This document shows, piece after piece, positions 58,731-64,000 of a DNA stretch of 64,000 nt; positions within the stretch are counted from its first letter, which is position 1; each line of letters starts with the position of its first letter. The translations under genes and the position numbers were made by a program. The stretch comes from an uncultured delta proteobacterium (GTDB lineage Bacteria; Myxococcota; Kuafuiibacteriia; Kuafuiibacteriales; Kuafuiibacteriaceae). The notes under the pieces were generated by a model. That model was given only the letters and a program-made list of their open reading frames with translations. It was not told where the DNA came from and made no database searches. The stretch is from assembly GCA_963803435.1 (NCBI GenBank), contig CAWDML010000007.1, forward strand, positions 128,001 through 192,000. Reading direction: 5' to 3'.

Positions 58731-58900
58731 TTCGGGGTCCGGACCGACCGGTCTTGGAGCCAGCTCTTCGCCCAACTGTCGGTCAATGTGAGAGTTTGAC
58801 TTCATTGTCGTGCGATCTCGATCGCGCTGTAGTTCAATGTCAGATTTTGGATGTGGATGTACGCAACTGGACTGAACGTCGTCCGATATCCCTCGGCACC

Positions 58901-61261
58901 ATGCCAGTCCTTCGCGTCAACGACCTTCCGGCCTTCCGCAACACTCCGCTCCTGGATCCCGATCGGGCCGGTCCGAACGAGCTCATGTCCGGTCCCGCGG
59001 CGGCGCTGGTGGCGAGGACTCTCCCGGCAGCGGACGTCCCCTTCAAGGATGTCAGCGACATCATCCGCCGGGCGGTCAAGGACAACGGCAATCGACCGAT
59101 CACGGATCTCAGCGATGCGGTGAAGCTGCTCGCGCAGTGTCCGCAGCTCAAGCAGCAGGTCGGGATGTGGTCCGAGCGGCTGTGCAACCTGCAGCCCAAG
59201 ATCCTCGAGACCGACCAGGTCGAGATCGAGTTCACGACCACGGTGGCCCTGCCGATCGATCACGGTACGGCGCGTCGCTGGAGTGTCGATCCGCTCACTG
59301 CCTTCCTGGATCTCATCCCGGAGGCGAAGGGCGTCCACATCGAGAACAACTCTTGGAGCACCCCGAACGGAGCACCGCTCACCGTCGCGATGATCCAGCG
59401 CGGCGACGATCCGTGGCTGCAGGATCTCGCAGACACCGGCTACAACTTCTCCGGTCACCGGACCGCCCCCGACCAGGGCCCGCAGTCGCACGAAGCTGCG
59501 CTCGAGGGGCTGAAGAAGCTCGTGATCAACGTCCCAGCGCGCGGTGTGCTCGTCAGCGGCACGCAGCCCGAGACACTCTACGACTTCGGCTCGGTCGTAT
59601 CGCTCACCGCGTACAACGCCGCCGGGGACGTCCTCGCGGTCGCGACCGTCAAGCCCAAGAACTCCAACCGCACCATCTTCACCCGCGGGGGCCAGCCGAT
59701 TCGTCAGGACGTGCAGCCCGGGGTCGACACGAACGGCCCGGCGGTCGACGTCGACCGCGTCAAGCTCGAGCTCTCGATGGTCGGCTCCAAGGCGCAGGCG
59801 GCGTCGCTCCTCTCGGCGGGCGCCGACGCGCCGGCCAACGGTGTCCGGATGAACGCGAAGCTCGAGGAGCAGGCGATCACGGAGCCCGGAGCGGCCGTCG
59901 AGTTCAAGCTCAACGGCGAGACGGTCGTGGCCGCCGAGATCCCGTTCTCGACGCGATTGAACGTCCCGGCCAGCGGCGAAGAGTCGGCGCTGGGCGTCCA
60001 TCGATACTTCGGCGGCGCCACGCTCGGCGCCATGATGAACGAGCAGGCGCAGCTTCAGGCGCAGGGGACCGACGCCGCCGGCCGTCTCAAGGGCGACGGG
60101 CAGCCCGCCGCCTTCCCGGCCTGGACCTTCGCGCTTCCCGAGCGGAACAGCACCACGATCGGCGGCATCAATCTCGCCGACACGCCGTATGACAACGCCG
60201 GCCACGCGTTCGCAGCGCCGGAAGGCGTGCGTCTGCAGGACCATCTAAAGACGCTCGGTCTCGACGTTCGTCAGGAGAAGATCACGAATTCGACCGATCA
60301 GATCTTCCACGTGACGGTCGGCCGGGACTTCGTGAAGGGCAATGAAAAGCTCGCGATCGACGTCGGCTACCGCGGCGCCGACGGCAACTTCGTGTGGGCG
60401 TCCGAGAAGGGCGAGTGCTCGAGGACCGAGCCGAACCTGGTGGAGCTGAACGGGCGCTCGCACGGCTTTGCCGTCCGCGTCCCGGACTCCGTGTATCGCT
60501 CCGGTGGTCAGAACGACGCGGCGCCGTTGTACATCAGGCTGTTCCGCCCTGGCACCAGCCGCAGCCTGCCCGTCTACCTCGGCTCGACCTCCTTCGACAT
60601 GAAGAAGATCGGGCTCGCGCGCGACCAGCTGAGCCAGCCGGATCAGATCTGGGAGGCGATGAAGGAGGTCGAAGCCAACTTCGCGGCGGCCAAGAACGCT
60701 GCGATCGGCGAGGGAAAGGTCATCGCGGAGCCGGTGACTGCCAACCAGCTCGACAGGATGCTCGAGGAGGGCCGGTCCTTCGACTTCGTGTACGGCGGCC
60801 AGGCCTACTCGGTGGTGAAGGACGAGGCGACCGGCAACGCCGTGCTGAAGCGTGATGCGCAGGTCATCAACCCGAACGCGGACGCGGTGCGCTATCTGAC
60901 GAACGACGACGTCGTTCCAAACGGTCACTTCGTGATCAGCCTGCAGGGTGTCGTCAACGGTCAGGCGCTCTACGTCAGCCCTGAGCACGGCGTACGGCAG
61001 GCCGCGTATCCGTTGCCCGAACCTCAGGGTGAGCACTCTTCGCCGCGCCAGGCGCGCCTCGAGTCGCTACTCGCCGTCGATGCCGAGCAGAACGCTGTTC
61101 ATCCCGATCTTCTCTGGGGCGGCCTCGAGATCCATGGCGAGCGTCTCAACAGCGACGTCGACAAGGACAAGCTCGTCGCTTCGCTCGGCGAAGATCGTCA
61201 GCGGGCGTTCGCGGATCTCCGCGCACGTTCTGCTCAGGACTGCGAAAAGGGCTGCGCCTGA
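58901..61261 (+). CDS. Large hypothetical protein (about 786 aa)
   Basis: Long ORF with strong GC3 bias; no motif or signal peptide recognised. Confidence 0.7.
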   Translation: MPVLRVNDLPAFRNTPLLDPDRAGPNELMSGPAAALVARTLPAADVPFKDVSDIIRRAVKDNGNRPITDLSDAVKLLAQCPQLKQQVGMWSERLCNLQPKILETDQVEIEFTTTVALPIDHGTARRWSVDPLTAFLDLIPEAKGVHIENNSWSTPNGAPLTVAMIQRGDDPWLQDLADTGYNFSGHRTAPDQGPQSHEAALEGLKKLVINVPARGVLVSGTQPETLYDFGSVVSLTAYNAAGDVLAVATVKPKNSNRTIFTRGGQPIRQDVQPGVDTNGPAVDVDRVKLELSMVGSKAQAASLLSAGADAPANGVRMNAKLEEQAITEPGAAVEFKLNGETVVAAEIPFSTRLNVPASGEESALGVHRYFGGATLGAMMNEQAQLQAQGTDAAGRLKGDGQPAAFPAWTFALPERNSTTIGGINLADTPYDNAGHAFAAPEGVRLQDHLKTLGLDVRQEKITNSTDQIFHVTVGRDFVKGNEKLAIDVGYRGADGNFVWASEKGECSRTEPNLVELNGRSHGFAVRVPDSVYRSGGQNDAAPLYIRLFRPGTSRSLPVYLGSTSFDMKKIGLARDQLSQPDQIWEAMKEVEANFAAAKNAAIGEGKVIAEPVTANQLDRMLEEGRSFDFVYGGQAYSVVKDEATGNAVLKRDAQVINPNADAVRYLTNDDVVPNGHFVISLQGVVNGQALYVSPEHGVRQAAYPLPEPQGEHSSPRQARLESLLAVDAEQNAVHPDLLWGGLEIHGERLNSDVDKDKLVASLGEDRQRAFADLRARSAQDCEKGCA

Positions 61262-61270
61262 GCCCGGGGA

Positions 61271-62545
61271 CTACGCCTTGTCCGCCAGCAACGGCGCCGT
61301 CGAGGGCTGCGCCTCGATCGCGCTGCCGAGGACGCTGAGCGCGCGGGGCCGGAAGAGGATCAAGCCGGCGAGCGCGACCTGGAAGATGCCGACGCCGATC
61401 GCGATCGTCTTCGAGAAGGGGATGCCGTTGGACTCGGTGATGTCGGCCATCGTCATGGGGACGAACGCGGCTGCGAATGCGCCGACGTGATAGACGATGC
61501 CCATGGCGCGGGCGCGGATCTCGGCGGGGAACAGCGTGTTGAGGAGGAGCGGGGTCACGCCGGCATAGCCCGCGCCGAGCGCGCCGCCCAGGAAGGCGCC
61601 CAGGCCCAGCAGATGATCGACGCTCCCGACGTACAGCGGGAGCGCGGGCAGGACCAGCACCGCGGGCAGCATGATCGCCACGGCGACGTTTCGGCGGCCA
61701 GCCGTGATGCCGCAGGCGACCGCGCCCACCATCATGCCGATGTTGAAGAGCGCGACGATGTTTCCCACGCGCGCCGAGTCGAGGCCGAGCTCGGTCTTGA
61801 GCATGGTCGGATAGAGGCCGGTGAGGCCGTAGTACGCGGAGAAGCCGAGGGCGAGGACCAGCGACGCCCAGATCATGCGGTGCAACACCGGCCGTGTGAA
61901 GCCGGAGGGCGCGGGCACGCCGGTCGCGCGCTGCCGGCGCTCGCGGCCCGCCTCCCACTCGGCGCTCTCCGGGACCCAGATGCGGATCGGCAGGACCGCC
62001 AGCGCCGGCACGGCGGCGACCACGAACACCGCGCGCCAGCCGAAGTGGGGCACCACCCAGCCGGCCACCAGGCCCGCGAGGAGGTAGCCGACAGCCCAGC
62101 TCCCCTGGAGGACGCCCGACGCGATGCCGCGGCTCCGCTGCGGCCAGTTCTCCATCGCCAGCGCGGTGCCGGCGGTCCACTCGGCGCCCATCCCGAAGCC
62201 GAAGAGGGTGCGGAGCACCAGCACGGCGGTGAAGGAGCCCGCCAGTGCGACCGAGCCGTCGCAGACCGCGAACCACACCATCGAGAACATCAGGGGGAGC
62301 TTTCGGCCCCACCGGTCGGCGGCGGCACCCGCACACCAGCCGCCGGCGAGACGGACCAGGAGCGTCAGCGTGATGGCGCTGGCGGTGGACGTGTGGCTGA
62401 CGCCGAACTCCTTCGCGATCTCCGGCATGACCAGGAGAAAGACGGTGAAGTCGAAGGCGTCGAGGACCCAGCCGGCCCACGCGGCGAAGAAGGAGATCCA
62501 CTGCGGTCGGGTGGGCTCACGCCACCAGGCAAGCCGATTGTGCAT
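61271..62545 (-). CDS. MFS transporter (sialate/carboxylate:H+ symporter-like)
   Basis: GWVLDAFDF, ADRWGRK, FGFGMGAEW, E.WP..SRG.ASG.LQ. Confidence 0.92.
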   Translation of the reverse strand: MHNRLAWWREPTRPQWISFFAAWAGWVLDAFDFTVFLLVMPEIAKEFGVSHTSTASAITLTLLVRLAGGWCAGAAADRWGRKLPLMFSMVWFAVCDGSVALAGSFTAVLVLRTLFGFGMGAEWTAGTALAMENWPQRSRGIASGVLQGSWAVGYLLAGLVAGWVVPHFGWRAVFVVAAVPALAVLPIRIWVPESAEWEAGRERRQRATGVPAPSGFTRPVLHRMIWASLVLALGFSAYYGLTGLYPTMLKTELGLDSARVGNIVALFNIGMMVGAVACGITAGRRNVAVAIMLPAVLVLPALPLYVGSVDHLLGLGAFLGGALGAGYAGVTPLLLNTLFPAEIRARAMGIVYHVGAFAAAFVPMTMADITESNGIPFSKTIAIGVGIFQVALAGLILFRPRALSVLGSAIEAQPSTAPLLADKA

Positions 62546-62607
62546 CGCAACATCGCTCTCTAGTAGAGGCGGGCCTGGCCGTCAATAGGCTTGTTGCTAC
62601 GCAGCAA

Positions 62608-62964
62608 TCAGGGGACCGGGCGGCGCAGGCTCCCGGCGGCGAACGCGAGCACCGTCAGGAGGACCAGGATCAGGGCGAGGACCAGGTTGTGGAGCGACTC
62701 GGAGACGCCGATGAGCACCAGCGTCAGGTGCTCCGGCGGCGGCGCCGAGCTGGCCGCGCCCAGCGTCTTGATGATGCCTGTCAGCGTCCCCAGGGTGCCG
62801 GCGAGGACGGTGGCCAGCGCCAGCGCGATCGACGCGGGGTGGCGGGGCGTGGGCCGCCGCGCCTGGCGGAGCGCCTCGTAGAGCGCCCACACCCCGAACC
62901 CCAACGTCGGAAACATTCCGAATCCACCTTCCCGGAACATCTCAATCGCGCCCTGGAACATCAT
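62608..62964 (-). CDS. Small membrane protein (MotA/TolQ/ExbB C-terminal-like)
   Basis: FREGGFGMFP, GTLGTLTG, GVSESLHNL. Confidence 0.6.
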   Translation of the reverse strand: MMFQGAIEMFREGGFGMFPTLGFGVWALYEALRQARRPTPRHPASIALALATVLAGTLGTLTGIIKTLGAASSAPPPEHLTLVLIGVSESLHNLVLALILVLLTVLAFAAGSLRRPVP

Positions 62965-63008
62965 TCTTCCTGGACAACGTCCATGCTGGTGCGGTTCCGG
63001 TTCGGGGC

Positions 63009-63647
63009 ATGCCATGGATGGTCTTCTCTCGGCTCGATCTGCCCCCTGCGAAGGCCCTCGAGGTGGTCCTGCGGGCGCGGCTGGCCGCGTTCGTCGAGCG
63101 ACACCCCAAGCCCGCCACGGCGTGGGCGTGCACCGTCGTGGCCCGCGGTCCGAAGGGCGTCAAGCGACCGCCGGAGACCGAGACGGTCTTCGTGATCGAT
63201 CCGGTGCCGGCCGAGCTGGAGAAGGACCCAGTGGCCGTCTCCATGACGCGGATGCTCTTGGAGCGCGGTGATCCGATCGACGTCGATTGGGACGGGACGC
63301 GCCAGGAAGCCGGCGAGGCGCTGACGATGCTGGATGCGCTCGAGGGCTCAGCCGCGCTCGAGGGCTTCGACGAGGACGACGCTCCGGAGGCGGATCAGGA
63401 CGAGGAGGAGACGCTCTTCGAGCGGGTGCTGGAGGCGATGCTCGACGCGTCGGAGGACATGGAGCGGGGGCTCGAGCTGAAGGAAGCGATCGAGGAGGCG
63501 AGCCCCAAGGCGCGCGCCTGGATGGAGTACGTGGTCAGGAACAACAACGTGGCCAGCGATGAGATGGTGGACCGTGCACTGCAGCTGGAGCCGGCCACGG
63601 CCGCGCGGGTTCACGAGGAGATCGAGGCGCTGCTCGCGGAGCTCTGA
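63009..63647 (+). CDS. Hypothetical acidic protein
   Basis: ORF with typical codon bias that fills the gap between neighbours. Confidence 0.6.
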   Translation: MPWMVFSRLDLPPAKALEVVLRARLAAFVERHPKPATAWACTVVARGPKGVKRPPETETVFVIDPVPAELEKDPVAVSMTRMLLERGDPIDVDWDGTRQEAGEALTMLDALEGSAALEGFDEDDAPEADQDEEETLFERVLEAMLDASEDMERGLELKEAIEEASPKARAWMEYVVRNNNVASDEMVDRALQLEPATAARVHEEIEALLAEL

Positions 63648-63648
63648 T

Positions 63649-64000
63649 TCACTCGCCGGTCGTCCCCTGGACCGCCATCTCCTGATTGCGGGTGATGCGA
63701 AACTCTGCGCGCCGATTCTGGGTCCAGGCCGTCTCGGTGGCGCCCCTCTGGAGCGGATGCTCCTCGCCGAAGGAGACGGTGGACAGTCGCGAGCGCGGCA
63801 CGCCCGCGGTGGTCATGTACTTGACGACCGCCTCGGCGCGGCGCTGGCCGAGCGCGAGGTTGTACTCGGTGGTGCCGCGATCGTCGCAGTGACCCTGGAC
63901 CTCCACGGTCAGCTGAGGAAACGCGCGCATGATCTCGACGTTCGATGACAACGCCCGCCCCGAGTCGGGCGTCAGCTGGACAGAGTCGAACGGGAAGTAG
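63649..64000 (-). CDS. Pal-like OmpA-domain protein, 3' part
   Basis: QGHCDDRGTTEYNLALGQRRA, SFGEEHP, NRRAEF. Confidence 0.88.
   Translation of the reverse strand, partial: YFPFDSVQLTPDSGRALSSNVEIMRAFPQLTVEVQGHCDDRGTTEYNLALGQRRAEAVVKYMTTAGVPRSRLSTVSFGEEHPLQRGATETAWTQNRRAEFRITRNQEMAVQGTTGE

Overview
High-GC (about 70%) bacterial chromosome segment. The gene content points to Myxococcota or a close relative: a CglD-like TSP3/vWA lipoprotein, a CFI-box-CTERM protein paired with an MXAN_2562-like barrel, MshEN-domain proteins, an ECF sigma/anti-sigma pair and a DUF1592/DUF1552 pair. About a dozen single-base frameshifts, many in short homopolymers, suggest uncorrected long-read consensus errors. 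The most unusual feature is a composite element of about 1.45-1.5 kb present twice in the same orientation (364-1867 and 43102-44544). Each copy has 63-70 bp terminal inverted repeats containing a variable-number CCCGGT tandem array, a CTAG at each end, an IS1182-type transposase remnant (deleted differently in each copy) and a divergent four-helix-bundle (23S-IVS/Avd-like) passenger gene. In both copies the right-hand CTAG supplies the TAG stop codon of the neighbouring host gene. Also present: an orphan terminator with a candidate sRNA or leader peptide (22984-23130), a probable c-di-GMP receptor neighbourhood, a compact aryl-polyene-like KS/CLF/DH/KR/KS operon with a halogenase-like gene, and TetR-, MerR-, LysR- and sigma54-type regulatory sites. 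I saw no rRNA, tRNA or CRISPR array. All family assignments come from motif recognition by eye, not from database searches.
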